Of a stretch of DNA of 64,000 bases, positions 1 to 13,141 are shown piece after piece; position 1 is the first letter of the stretch, and each line of letters begins with the position of its first letter. Source of the DNA: Octopus vulgaris. Taxonomy: Eukaryota. The stretch lies in the NCBI GenBank assembly GCA_951406725.2, contig OX597823.1, positions 62,868,001 through 62,932,000 of the forward strand, in the 5' to 3' direction. Made by a program: the position numbers and the translations under genes. The notes under the pieces are model-generated. The model was not told the origin of the DNA and made no database searches. It worked only from the letters and a program-made list of their open reading frames with translations.

Positions 1-450
1 TGCTGTGTGTGTTCTTTACTTTTGAATATCCCGACGGCATTCAAAATGAACTTATAAGCCAGTATACATTCATATCAAGTTGAGTAAAAAGTAATGTTTC
101 GAACCATGAAGAATTTGTACCGAATTTTTACAGAGCTGGCAGAAACATTAGCACACCAGGTGAAATGCTTAGTGGTATTTCGTCTGCCGCTATGTTCTGA
201 GTTCAAATTCCATCAAGGTCGACTTAACCTTTCATCCTTTCGGGATCGATTAAATAAGTACCAGTTTTGCACCAAGGTCGATGTAATCGACTTAATCCCT
301 TTGTCTGGTACTTAATCTGTTTGTGTCTTTCAGCAGACCTACTAAGTTATGAGCATGGCAGCAATGCAACAACCTATTGTCAGGCAATGAGAGATGAACA
401 CAAAGAAGCACAAACATAGACACGCACACACACACACACACACGCACGCA

Positions 451-497
<47 letters not shown>

Positions 498-1404
498 CTA
501 AACAGTTTTTATGTCTATCAAATTTCACTCAGAGGACAGGATATTGGTCAGCCAAGTACTTTAGCTGTAGAAAACACATACCCAAAGTGCAGTGCAGTTT
601 GACTGAACTGAACCTGCAACTATGTGGTTATGAAGCAAACTCTCTAACCCCTCAGCTATGCTTGCACCAACAGTTATATTGTAACATAGTTTCTCTCATG
701 GTGGCTGTAATAGACAATTGTGTAAAATAGTTACAAATATCGAACACCTTATTTTGTTGCTGGTTTTGGTCAGTGCATTCTGACCATGCTGGAGCACCAT
801 CCTTTAGCAATCATATTACTTAGTCAAATATAATGCTTATTTATTTATGTTGTTTTAAATTAATCATGCATTATCTTCTATCTTCAAAATTTATGAAGTA
901 TTTATCACATTACACTGTGTGCATTCCTTACTTTGGGATGTCCCTGTGACATTCAAAATGAACTTATCGTGAGCCAGCACAAATTTAAATAAGTATTATT
1001 ACCGCTATTGATAATATTAATAATGATAATAATGAGGTGGCTAACAAGTTAAAATATTAACTAAATTCAAATTCAATAGGGTATTTAAATACCACTTGCT
1101 CTAAATGGAGCCATCACTCCACAACCACCAATTGCTCACTATTAAAATACACATGGCCAATGCAATAAAGATAACAGAAACAGGCTTACCTTGCGTGGAA
1201 TACAGAAGTAAGGAATGTGTATATTTCAGGATCAATTGATTTTGCTTCTTGTACGAAAAATCATACTTTAAACTCATCAGCTGAAAGCAACACTATAACA
1301 TCTATTTCTGAAATATTCATCACATTACGGTGTGTGCATTCTTTACTTTTGAATGTCCCCACAGCATTCAGAATGAACTTATCATGAGCCAGTATACATA
1401 CATA

Positions 1405-2677
1405 TCAAGTTGAGTAAAAAGTAATGTTTTGAACTATGAAGAATTTGTACCGGATTTTTGCAGTTTTGAATTTTTTGAAACATTTTTTTTGCAATTGTCT
1501 GATAATATAGACATAGACCTGCCCAAATGCATCTATAAATTAACATTGATGTTTTTTTCACCATTGTTTCAATCATCTGAAGTAGGACTGTCAAAGTGAT
1601 ATACTCAAGTAAATTTTGCTATTCAGCTTCAAAAAAGGACGTAAAGCAGCTGAAACTGCATGCGATATCAATGAAACATTTGGTGAGGAAATAACCAGTG
1701 AGTGGTCAGCTCAAAAATGGTTTAAACGATTTCGCAGTGGAGACCTGAGCCTTGAAGATCGTGAGCATAGTGGACACTTGTCTGTCATTGATGACGGTCA
1801 ATCAAAGCCTGTCATTGATAAAGATCTATATACTATATGAAACCACTTGAGAACTGGCAAAAGAACTTCAAGTTAGCCAGAAAACTGCCTGCAACCATTT
1901 GCATGTGATTGGAAAATCAAAAAATGCTTGACAAATGATTTTCATTCATGATTTGAATGAAAATCAGAAACTGTGCAGATATGAAATTTGCTCATTGCTT
2001 CTTCTCCATAACCAGACCAATCCATTTCTTGACCATATTGTAACTTGCAATGAAAAGTGGATTCTGTACAATAATAAAAAGCATTCTTTGCAGTGGTTGG
2101 ACCAAAATGAAGCACCAAAAACTGTTCCTAAAACTGAGCTCTTCAAAAATAAAGGTTATGGTGACTGTTTGGTGGTGTACTGCTGAACTCATCCACTATA
2201 ACTTCTTAAGATCTGGAAAAACGATTACTGCAAAGACATATTGCCATGAAATTGCCAAAATGAATGAAAAATTGCTACTCCTCCATCCCAGACTTGCCAA
2301 CAGAAGAGGGCCATTCATTCTCTATGATAATGCTTGACCACACATTTCACTAATGATGCTGCAGAAATTGAGGGAACTTGGCTACGAAGTTCTTCCCCAC
2401 CCAGCTTATTCCCCAGACCTTTCTACCGACTTTTTCAAGCACCTTGATGGTTTCCTGCCAGAGGAGTTAAAAAATTAAACCAACGTTAAAGGTGCATTCA
2501 AAGAGTTCATCAGCTCCAGAACTCCAAATGTTTGTGTTACCAGAATAAACACACTCGTTGGCAAAAATGTGTTGATTGTAATGATACTTATTTTGATGAT
2601 TAAAATTTCTGCATTGTTGAAATATGTTGTGATAAATTTCATGTTTCAAAACATTGCTTACTTTTTACACAACCTGA
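1405..2677 (+). mobile_element. Full-length degraded mariner transposon (about 1.27 kb)
   Basis: Imperfect TIRs tcaagttgagtaaaaagtaa / ttactttttacacaacctga with TA on both sides. Broken transposase: KGRKAAETA, WFKRFRSG, VTCNEKW, KVMVTVWW, YDNA, HPAYSPDL. Confidence 0.93.
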
Positions 2678-2686
2678 TATATATAT

Positions 2687-2721
2687 GTTTCTGATGAAGA
2701 GCTCCGCTCAAAACGTAAAAC
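2687..2721 (+). ncRNA. Minimal hammerhead-like motif (G12A) in a short TA-flanked repeat unit
   Basis: gttt-CTGATGA-a-gagc[tcc]gctc-AAAA-CGT-A-aaac. Confidence 0.5.
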
Positions 2722-2818
2722 CCTCCTTCTTCCCTTCCTTCCTGAGCATCCAATAATACTATACTTGTTCCACGTCCTCGCGTTGTTGTATTTTCTCTTG
2801 GTGTTTTCATGTTTGGAT

Positions 2819-2871
<53 letters not shown>

Positions 2872-2884
2872 GTATGTATATATA

Positions 2885-3095
2885 TATAAGACTTGGCAAT
2901 GACGCCCTAGTTTTGCGCCACTTCTGCTCTACTGGTCATTCACTACAACATCTGTCTGTGACTGAACTGTCTTTGCACAGAAGCCATCCACACTTCTGCC
3001 TTCGCCATGGACAGGATTTAATCTTCTCTTTTTGCTCCTTTTCACCACATGGGCTCAACTCCCCTCCTGTCTTCAGTTGGCCTCCCCTCTTCATT
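2885..3095 (+). mobile_element. Penelope-like element, GIY-YIG C-terminal fragment
   Basis: RHFCSTGHSLQHLSV...QDLIFSF...PHGLN; homologous to 26900-27075. Confidence 0.7.
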
Positions 3096-3269
3096 ACCTC
3101 CTCTCAAAACTTTTTCTGGTATATTTAAAAAATATTTTAAAGTGAAAATGACTTTAAAAATTTGGTAAATATTTCATAAAAGACCTGTTTGTAACCTCGG
3201 TGTGAAAGCTTTTTTCCATAGGGTTTTTTTGAGTGCATTCGACATTTTATGCAACTGAAACCTGAAAGC

Positions 3270-3625
3270 AGTTTTGGTACAAACTTGGCAGATGTGCATC
3301 TCATACCTAAATCTTCAGTGATAATGGGTTGACCTGAACTGTAACTAATCTGTACATCTTCTGATAACTCACGGATGGTGATTCAATGATTTCTCCTCAC
3401 AGCTGCCTGCACATCTGCAACGTTTTTGTCAGTTCTACTGGTTGCGAGTCTCCCAGAACGTTCGTCACTATCAACATTTTTTCGGCCCTCTTGGAAACGT
3501 CTGAACCACTCGTATACTTGTGTGCAGCTTATATACTCCTCTCCATGCACTTTCTGCAACTTTGCATTGGTCTCTGATCAGATATCACTATGACAAGTTT
3601 CTCTATCATGGTCAATCTGACGATC
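3270..3625 (-). mobile_element. Mariner transposase N-terminal fragment
   Basis: Minus strand reads VYEWFRRFQEGR...DERSGR...ITIREL...AKFVPKLL. Confidence 0.8.
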
Positions 3626-4502
3626 ACACGCTACACATGTTCCTTCCAAGCACTGCTGTAAACAGTGGAAGTGAGCTAGAATGTTAAAACTTAGTGTGTA
3701 TGCACAGCAGAGTCCAAGGTCAATCTGTGCCAAGCAACGTCACTGTGTGTGCTTCAGCTTCTTTACTATGGCAACAGTCCAGATACTTGTTGAGACCTCG
3801 TACATATATATATATTTATCATTGTTTTATGCCTGCTTACTATACTAGCACAGGTAGGTCTGGTTGTGACAGCCCAAGTTAATTCATATTTGGAGATAAT
3901 TCTCTGCTAGATGAGTCATAAGAATGAGTCTCTTCCATACCTTTCATTTATTTTAAGAGTGCACGCATGCACACACACATACACACACACTGAGTAGTAC
4001 TAGAATTTCCATGTGGCAGGCTTCATAATTGTTAAGATATTCCTCTCAATGTGAAACAATCAGTAGCCCTGTTAACCCATAAATAAAGAATATTTATTCA
4101 CCACTTCAGTCTTGAGTACGCATTCCCACTGTTTGATATTAGCATACACACACACACACACACAAAGTAGTGGGGTTTAGCTCACAGGTGACCTAAATGA
4201 TTAGGTGCGCTAGGTAAGTGCTGTAATATGGATTACTAAGACTCCAAGATTATAGCTATGATGGTAGTTTTGGAGCCATTGCAGATTTCTGATGCAGCGG
4301 ATATATAATTGTTAAGGAGGACAGCAAACATTAAGGCAAGGCAAACATCTCAAGTCGTTTCCAATATTATTATAGGAAGAAATTCAAAATCTTTTCTGGG
4401 ATATCCTAGAAACAGCTGTAAGACTTTGAATTTCTTCCTATAATAATATTGTATATGACTTGAGATGTTTGCCTTGCCTTAATGTTTGCTGTTCTGTTTA
4501 AC

Positions 4503-4548
<46 letters not shown>

Positions 4549-4722
4549 GAGAATTCACAAAAAAACAATAAGACGAAGACAGGTGGTGTAGACAACAAAC
4601 AGATGTATTAGTTTAAAGTTCGGGAAGTGAAAAAGTCTTAACGTTTCGAGCCTAGGCTCTTCCCCCAGAAAGGAACACAGAAAGAAAATAAAGAATGTGT
4701 AGTAGTTAGTGACCTATCATGG

Positions 4723-4765
<43 letters not shown>

Positions 4766-5220
4766 GGTTTGGAGATGATGTACAAGTATTTTATATTAGA
4801 AGAAATGAGGTACTCAGAAATTCGGAGAGTTTTATATTTACAGATATTTATTTGTATATTACATGTTTTTATACATCATATAAATTGTATCATATATCAT
4901 ATTATTGCTTTCGTCCATTCTGGTGGATTTTTCAAATTGAACTGTTCAATTTGAAAAATATGTACATATATTTCTTATAAAATATATATATACTAAATTA
5001 TGTCACAACATAGTGATTAACCCTTTCCTCTTGTTTTCATTTGTTCACTTGTTTGCTAATATTCAATATAATATTCAACTAATCGTCTGATTAGACAAGA
5101 GCAGACTTCGTATCATATGTAGTCCTATTTGTTGATATCGTTTCACAGATTTGTTGACATTTTTCTTTTTCTATCTGAATTCACCTTTTATTTAAAGCTT
5201 TAAATGTTTTGTCTTTCCAG

Positions 5221-5384
5221 AATCTTCCGTTCATGAAATCCATGACAGCAGTGGCTTCATGGATGCATTAACCAGTGCTGGTCCAACAACAGGGTTATTT
5301 CGGCGAAAAAAGAAAGTACCTCCAGTTGCTAGCAAAACTAGTCAACCATCGGGAGTTGGGCAAAAACTACCCCAACCTCCTTGT
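5221..5384 (+). CDS. PPP1R10: PNUTS exon ([30 protein letters not shown]...QPPC)
   Basis: tttccag acceptor at 5220, gtaagt donor at 5385; phase 1 in, phase 0 out. Confidence 0.92.
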
Positions 5385-8300
5385 GTAAGTATTTCTTGTA
5401 ATTATGTCATCGCCCTCATTTTTCTTCTGCTTTCCATGCTGGCATGGGTTGGACAGGTCATCACAGTCTGAATTAGTTCTTGTTTGGAGTTTGTGGAACC
5501 ATGCCTCTCTCATCCATTTGTTTTTAGTTTTCTACATGGTTTCTACAGCTTGGTGTCCTTCCTAATACTAAACACTTTACAGAGCGTACTGGACTTTTTT
5601 TGTGGCACCAGTGTTATATGTTCATGTGTGTAACGTGTTTTTTCCCCTGCTAGTATGAGTTAGAGAGGAAGTTATTTGAAACTGGATTTTACACCTGAAT
5701 GCTCTCGCTTCTTGTAGCCAGCCCTTATCGGTTTTCCAAGTAAGCGATTATCCTCAAACTAAATCCCAAAGGTTCAGTTTCATTTGAGGACCAGAAATTT
5801 CTTCAATTCCAAGCAATTGTCTGTTGATAGTCTACAAGACACAAATCTTCCTTCACATTGACATATTGTTCTCATAGTTGCTCCTGCTGTTACCTACCAT
5901 GCCTCAATATTATAGAATGTGTTGAATGAAGGGCTATCAGCTTGGCTAAGATCCATTCATTGACACACTAGAACCGCACCAATGTATTATAAGCCTTCAT
6001 CTCTTGTAACTCTACTGTAACAGTTCCTACTCCTCTTTACTAGTGTGTACCTCCTTCATCGATGTAAGCACAAAATGATATCTTTTAAATTCTTGTAGTG
6101 TTTTCTTTATGTAAATCTCCCAATTTTGTAAAAAACTGGAAAGTTGATGAAAATACAGTTAGTCCAATATAGAAAGATGCATAAATTTGGACAAAACTTG
6201 GAGTCTCCCCACATCCTCATCGAGCTACCTACTTTTTCCCTCCGTTTCTTCCTGTCATCTTCACCATTCAACCTTTAAATTTCCCTGCATTATGATTTGA
6301 AATGTTAGATTTTTATCTTTCCACCCAGGAGATAGAGGCCAGGTTTATCCAATTTTTGCTTCCATCACTGGTTGCATATTTTTTGTGAACTACATCTGCC
6401 AGCATTATGAAGTAACTCCAAGTCCCCAGAAACAGCTGTCGGATATGTAACACCAAACATTCTCATGAAACAAGACCTCTTTCATCAGTTTTCCAGGGCA
6501 TGTAGTTTTGATAGTCTTTTGTAACTGCCTGAGCAATTGGCATAGTACTCTCCATGATACTATGGCCCTTTTGAAGGTAGTCAATAAACACAGTGCCTTT
6601 TGTATCTCCAAAAAACTAAGGCCATCACTTTCCACACATGGAACGACCTTGGCCTTTTTTGGAGTAGGTGAGGAGGGATGTTTCACTCAAAGTGATGAAC
6701 CCAACATGCATCCTAGGTTAGGAAACATTCAAGGAAACCAGCTGGACCTGCCTCAGACAATGTCAGATTTTCCTGTGATGTGATCAGCTTTGTGTGCCTT
6801 TGATCAGGTATCAGAAGACATGGCACCCACTGAGTAGAAACCTTCATCATGCCAAGTTCGTTGTACAGAATATTCTCAACTCTTTCACAGGATATGCTAA
6901 TAGCATTGGCTATTTGACTTATAGTCAATCACCTGTCATCCATCTGCATGTGTAGAACCTGACCACTGTTTTCTCTGATGGTGCCAGTTGCAGGATATAC
7001 AGACCTTGGGTCATCCTTGAAACTTTCTATTCCCCGTTAGATTCAGCTGCTCACTTTTACACTGTTAATAAAGCTGGAGTATCATCCTGCAATGTAGCAA
7101 CCATGTCAGCATGAATGTCCTTAGGGGCCAATCCCTTTCCCTGCAAGTACTTGATAACATTACAGTGCCAAATTTTGTTGATTTTCAAGAGAAGTCGTTA
7201 CTAGTTACTTTTGAACTTTTGAAGAATTCTTTGAACAGTCATATGAAACAATGCAGTTATTTAATAAGATGAGTTGAAATTGATGCATGCATGATTTCAC
7301 AGGTCTAGCATCACTCTTTCATTGTCAGCTTATAAACTTTTCAGCTCACCCTTGTGTGTGTGTGTGATCAGTATCATTTTTATGTCCTTCTTTCCTGGAT
7401 TTGATCGGTCTTTTCGAGTTCAGCTACTCACCACTTCTGATCCATTGTCTTCTCTTTTGAGAAGAGCAGCTTTCTGAGATCAGGTTTCATTACTTCATCC
7501 CACTTCTCTATCTGCCTCTCTCTCTGCTCTCCCTTTATATATATATATATATATATATATTAGTTCTAAATTTCTGAACGAGAGACATGCAGCAACAGTA
7601 CTATAGAGTAAAGTTTATTTGCCAACGTAAAGTGGCAGTCCTGATTAGGACGAATGTTACTACTATTTAGCCCTAGGAAAACACCTTCTTCAATATATAT
7701 GTATATATTGTAATAAGACAGTCCATTGAGGGTGGGTGAAAAGGAAAAGCTAATGAAATTTCGCAGTGTACAGTTTGTACAGGGGAGATAACTTCGTGTC
7801 CTTAAAGAGCAATAGGTGTGTCCTAAATTTTACTTTTAAGACTGGTGGTGGCCATCTGACTTTTACTAGCCTCAATGCGAAATTCAGCATAGTCAATGTT
7901 AGATATAGCACACTTCATCTTTCACAAACTAACTCTCTCATTTTACCCCTCTGCCTTTCTGTGTCTCTGTCTTACACTAACTAACTCACACTCTCTTTCT
8001 CTATTGCTAGCTGTTTCATTGTAGTCACACTCTCTTACTAACTACCTTTCTCTAGTAGTTCTCTAATGCAAGATGCTTTGTTCATACTACTCTTTTGAGA
8101 AAGAACGAGTATCTCTAACTTACACCCTCTATTTTTTTTTATACACTGGTATGTAAGCCAATGAAAGAGCTTCCCTCATTCCCTTGATTGTTGTTATTTG
8201 ACCTTCTAGAAATAGCAGCCAAAATTCATTTGCAAAAAGAAAATGGGTACAACACCTTGGAAAATTTAGTTCTACATATATTGTCTAAAAAATAGATGGC

Positions 8301-11300
8301 TGGAATTCTGTTGGTCATAAGCATATTTGATGAAGACCGACTTGGTACTAAACAGCAATACTTTGAATTCCTGAGCTAAATTTTACAAAATCATCTGAAA
8401 ATTTATAAACCAGTCACAGTGGGGTGGGCGCTAAATGAAGAAAATAAATATTTTCCTTCTTGTATGTATTCTTATTTTTTTAATGGAAATTTTTGGATCT
8501 TTTTGTTTTATTCTTTCTGTAGTTTTATCGTGAAACATTGGAGACAACAGAAGATGTGAAAGCTGAGTCAGAGAGTTCTCCGAGTGAAGAGAAAAATGGT
8601 GATTCCAATAATGATGTTGAAATGAAAGAAGAAGGTGTCGATTCTGTTTCTTTAAATATCTTGTTTACTATTTTCTTCTATGTCTTTCTCATGTCTCCTT
8701 TTTTCACTGTCTGTCTGTGTGTCCTGTTGCTTTTTTTTCTCTCAATGTCATGTGGACAGATACCAATATCTGAGGGTCCTGAAGTTCCTTTGTAGGCTAT
8801 TGTTGGACCCCTTTATAGGCTTTGTGGTATGACAAGGGCCAATCATCTTAACCGAATTTCCCGTCTCTCTAACTGGGGCTTTTAGCAGAATGTACTGCAT
8901 AGCACTCACTCAAATCAAAATTATGAGTTAACATGACAATCTATTGGTTACTACCAGTGTTGCCCTCCCAGGGATATGCAATACTATGTTTTGCAATCTG
9001 TGTTTTAGGGTGTACAAGGGACGACAGGTTTTAGCTATGTTTTCATATCATTAATCTCCCTTGCCTGGTAACATTCTTGGGTGAACTGAAAATTATTTAT
9101 TCCCCACAATTAGGTGCACTGGAGTATCTAGAATTATCTGGCCTAGAGTTAAAATTGCTATTTGTGTTTTGAGTTCTTGGATGGTTGTTTTAATCCATCG
9201 CCTAGTTCAACACTACCACCTGGATGCTTTTGTGGAGTTCACACTACTGCAAATGATTGGGCCAGGGCTCTGGGTTTAAACATAACTACCTCCTTTACTT
9301 TTATCCATTTTGGAGGCCCTGTAAATATAGGCATTGCTCTTTCCTTCCTGAATTTCACTTAAGCATTCTGATACTAATAACTTGTTATCACTTCATGTTT
9401 GAAGCTCTGATGAAGCTAATGGGTGATATTCTTGCACTCATAAGAGTGCATTACATCTTATAGCAGAAACAGCTGTAAGCTAGTGAAGTTCATAACATAA
9501 TTATTCCTTTTTTGTCTTCAAATTTTGGCACCAGCCTAGTAATTTTGGAGGAACGAGTAAGTTGATTACATTGACTCCAGTACTCAACTGGTACTTATTT
9601 TTTCAACTTCTCAGCAGGGTTAAAATTTTGTTTTTTTGCATATTTGTAATTTCCGACATCTAAAACGTAGGAATTTGAAAAAAAACGTTTCCAAAAAATG
9701 CATTTTTCAAGGAGCGTTGCGAAACTGTATTAGCCCCTCCCCTTCTCTTTTTGTCCCTTGTTTTACTCTCCTATTTATTCTGCTTGTTTTCTCCTCTCTC
9801 TATATGTTTCTCAGTCTCTTTCTGTCTCTCTCACTGCCTACCTCTAACATCTACCTCTCTTTTACTCTTCTCTCACTATATATATACCTTTCTTCCTTCC
9901 TCCCTTCCCTATCTATCCTCTCTCTCTCTCTACTTTCTATCCATCCCATTCTTCCTATCTAACATGTCTGTCTTATATTTTAAGTAAACGAAGAGTCACC
10001 ATCCAGTCGAGATGGAATCAGCGGAGAACAACCAGAAAACTCCAATGATAGCAGTTCAGCAGTGCAGGCAGCTTTAGTTCGTCGCAAGCCAAAGAAGAGT
10101 GTGACGTGGGCGGATGATGGGAAGAATGACGAAACACACCTGCGACAGATATTTTATTTTGAGCTGGATGAGACAGAGCGAGGTAAGCTGAACTGCTGTT
10201 TGTTTTATCGATGTGTGGTTGTGTGGTCAGAAGTTTGCTTAGCAACCACAAGGTTTTGGGTTCAGCCCTACTGTGTGGCACTTCAAGTGTCTTCTGCTAT
10301 AGCCCCAGGCCAACCAAAGACTTGTGAATTGATTTGGTTGACAGAAACTGAAAGAAGCTATGTGTGTATGTCTTTATGTATGTGTTTGCCCCTCACCACC
10401 TCTTGACAACTGGTGTTTGTTTGTTTACATCCCTGTAACTTAGCAGTTTGGCAAGAAGTGACTGATAGAATAAGTACTAGGCCTGATAAAGTTAAGCGCT
10501 GGGGTTGATTTGTTTGTCTAAACCCTTCAAGGCAGTGCCCCAGCATGGCCACAGTCCAATGACTGAAACAAATAAATGATAAAAGATAAAAGATATTCTC
10601 TTATTGAATTGGTTTTATTGATGGAAAATCTAATGAAGAATTAGTCAGTTCTTACCTTTCTTTGTTCTTTGTCTTTGATCTTGTTTATTTCTTCTATTTG
10701 CAGAAAATGTAAATCGACCCAAAGATTTTGATGCGATGAAGAAAGAAGAGATGTTAATGGACAGAAGGGTAAGTTGTGTTTGTTTATCATTAAATTTCTG
10801 ACAAAGTTTTTCGCTGTAAGTACTTCAGGTAGAGGATAAATGATATCAATAGGGTAAATAATGCCATTTTATTTAGATTAATACTGATTTCTTACATAGG
10901 CACAAGGTAAAAACATTTTAAAGAGAGTAGTTCATTTACTCTTTAGTATCCACATCCGGCCCAAATATTCTACCAGTTTTATGTTCACACTGGCCAGATC
11001 CAACCTCTCACACCTATCCTATAGTATCATTTTAAAAATATACAATCACATTATTGAAATCTTGAAGCATGATTAATTCAAAACAATGTGAATAAATAAT
11101 CATTACATTTGACAGAGTAATCTGAATGCTAAAGGATTAAAAGTTGTTTTTTTTATGCAGGCATCTGGCAACTCTGATGTTATTTTCTTTCTGTTTTCTA
11201 GGCTGTGAAACGTTTATGTCATGATACAATGAAAGAACAGATGACTGTAAGTATTATTATATTGTATTAAATATTTAAATGTGAAATAAAGATTTATTAT

Positions 11301-13094
11301 TTTAAACTGATTTTAAAATAAAGTTGACACACTTGCTGATGAAGGGACGCAAAAAACTGGGCGTAGATTAAAATTTGTTATAAAATTCATGTTGACCGAG
11401 GCTCTAAGCTTTGCCTTATGGTTTGTCAATCTGGTTACATGAGCCGTTAGGCAAAACTTAACCCTTTCATTACTGTATTTATTTTGAGATGCTCTGTGTT
11501 TCTTTCAATTACTTTAAATATAACAAAGAATTTAGTAAAATGACTTCGTTATCATTCAGCTAGTGTTAGGAACATGAATTGTGACTAAAGTTTGGTGGAA
11601 GATTTTAATTCAAAACTTATGGAAACAAGACGTTTGTATGATGGAGCCAGAGCCGGATTCAGCTGGGTTGGTATTGAAAGGGTTAAAGTCCTAATCAGCA
11701 TGGATTTTATATTAGATATTTATCATTTCTGTACTGCTCACCACAATAACTCTAAGCACCTTTTCAAACTCCACCCGTCTAACACCCGTGGACATATTTA
11801 CAAAGTCAGAAAACAGCACAGCTCCCATGACTTTAGGAAACATTTTTTCACGCTGAGAGTTGCTGAAGCATGGAACAAACTGCCGGCATCAGTTGCTAGT
11901 TGTCGGAGAACTGCATCCTTCAAAACTTCTATGCTTTCTGAGATTCGCCAACACTACACCTGATTTCCTCCCCTCCATACACACACAAGCATGTATCTGA
12001 CTCATACATTGTTCGCTTTCCAGACATTTGTACATTACTGCATATACTTTATACGTACTTTCTGACAAGTTGTGGTGCACCTGAGCACTGTATACAATAA
12101 TTTCATTATTATTTTTTTTTTATTATACACACACACATATCAGTGTACTTCTAAACAAATGATATCGTTCTTCATCTTTCCTTGACCCCATGCACCCTAA
12201 CATTATCCACTGAGAACATAAATGCCTCGCTGTAGCTATGCATTGGTTCTGTTAATGATCTCGAAACATTCCTTAATAAGAGTATGAGATCTTATTTTCC
12301 TCAACAGCGCAATCATACAATCATGGCACGTCAATGTAGCAACAATTTTGTACTACACTCTCTTTAATCATAAGCATCACACAGTTAAAACCTCCTACGT
12401 TACTACAAATAATTTCTTAGTTCATTATCCAAAAGGATGCTATTGGGCTAAAATACTCTTTTTACTAATATGTTAAGACTCCTGGTCCAAAGACCTGCTG
12501 TTTTGTTTCTCTGTTTCTTTTATTCAGACTCTGATTATTGCTGCTTACTCTGAACCAGTAAACTACATATCATCTCTGCTCTAGCCTGGCCAGCACATCT
12601 TTCTCTCTCTCCATCTTTCGTCATCCCTACACGGCTCTACTTCATTTACGCAAATCTTAACATTTTAACAATTACTCTGCCTCAGCCAGCCGGCAGAATT
12701 TCAAAAACACCATCTTCATAAGTGTGTGAGGAACCACAAAGATCTTATGTGCTCTTCCTCCTCCTCCTGATTAATTAATTAATAATGGGAAAATGCTAGC
12801 CCAGTTTCTAATAATGAGCTAATTGATTGCCTTTGTGTTTGGTAGAAATAAGAGCTGTTTAAATTTGGTTGATTTGAATGTCATAATTGTTAGTAGAAAT
12901 AAACAAGATTTTGTCCACTCTGTTAGTAGAACACTAGGAGAGTTGTTGTCATCTTCTTTAGTAAGATCTAAATGCTTAACTGCTGGGAGGAATAAATGAC
13001 ATAATTGTCCATATTGCCAGTAGAAACAGGAGAAATATTTCTATCTTCTCTGGTAGAAATTGTTATTACTGCTGCTATAACAAGTGATCAATTT

Positions 13095-13141
<47 letters not shown>

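Noticed and set aside
1190-1307. Exon-like segment with a minus-strand donor and acceptor (IDVIVLLSADEFKV*FFVQEAKSIDPE...) and an open plus-strand frame
   Set aside because: In-frame stop on the minus strand, no recognisable homology, and the plus-strand reading ends in a phase incompatible with the 5221 exon.
7560-7705. TA-flanked unit with TTGAAGA-a...acgttggcAAATAAA on the minus strand; similar weak echoes at about 4905-4945, 28460-28495, 44880-44920 and 63030-63050
   Set aside because: GAAA or the cleavage triplet is missing or the helices are poor; too degenerate to call without a family consensus.
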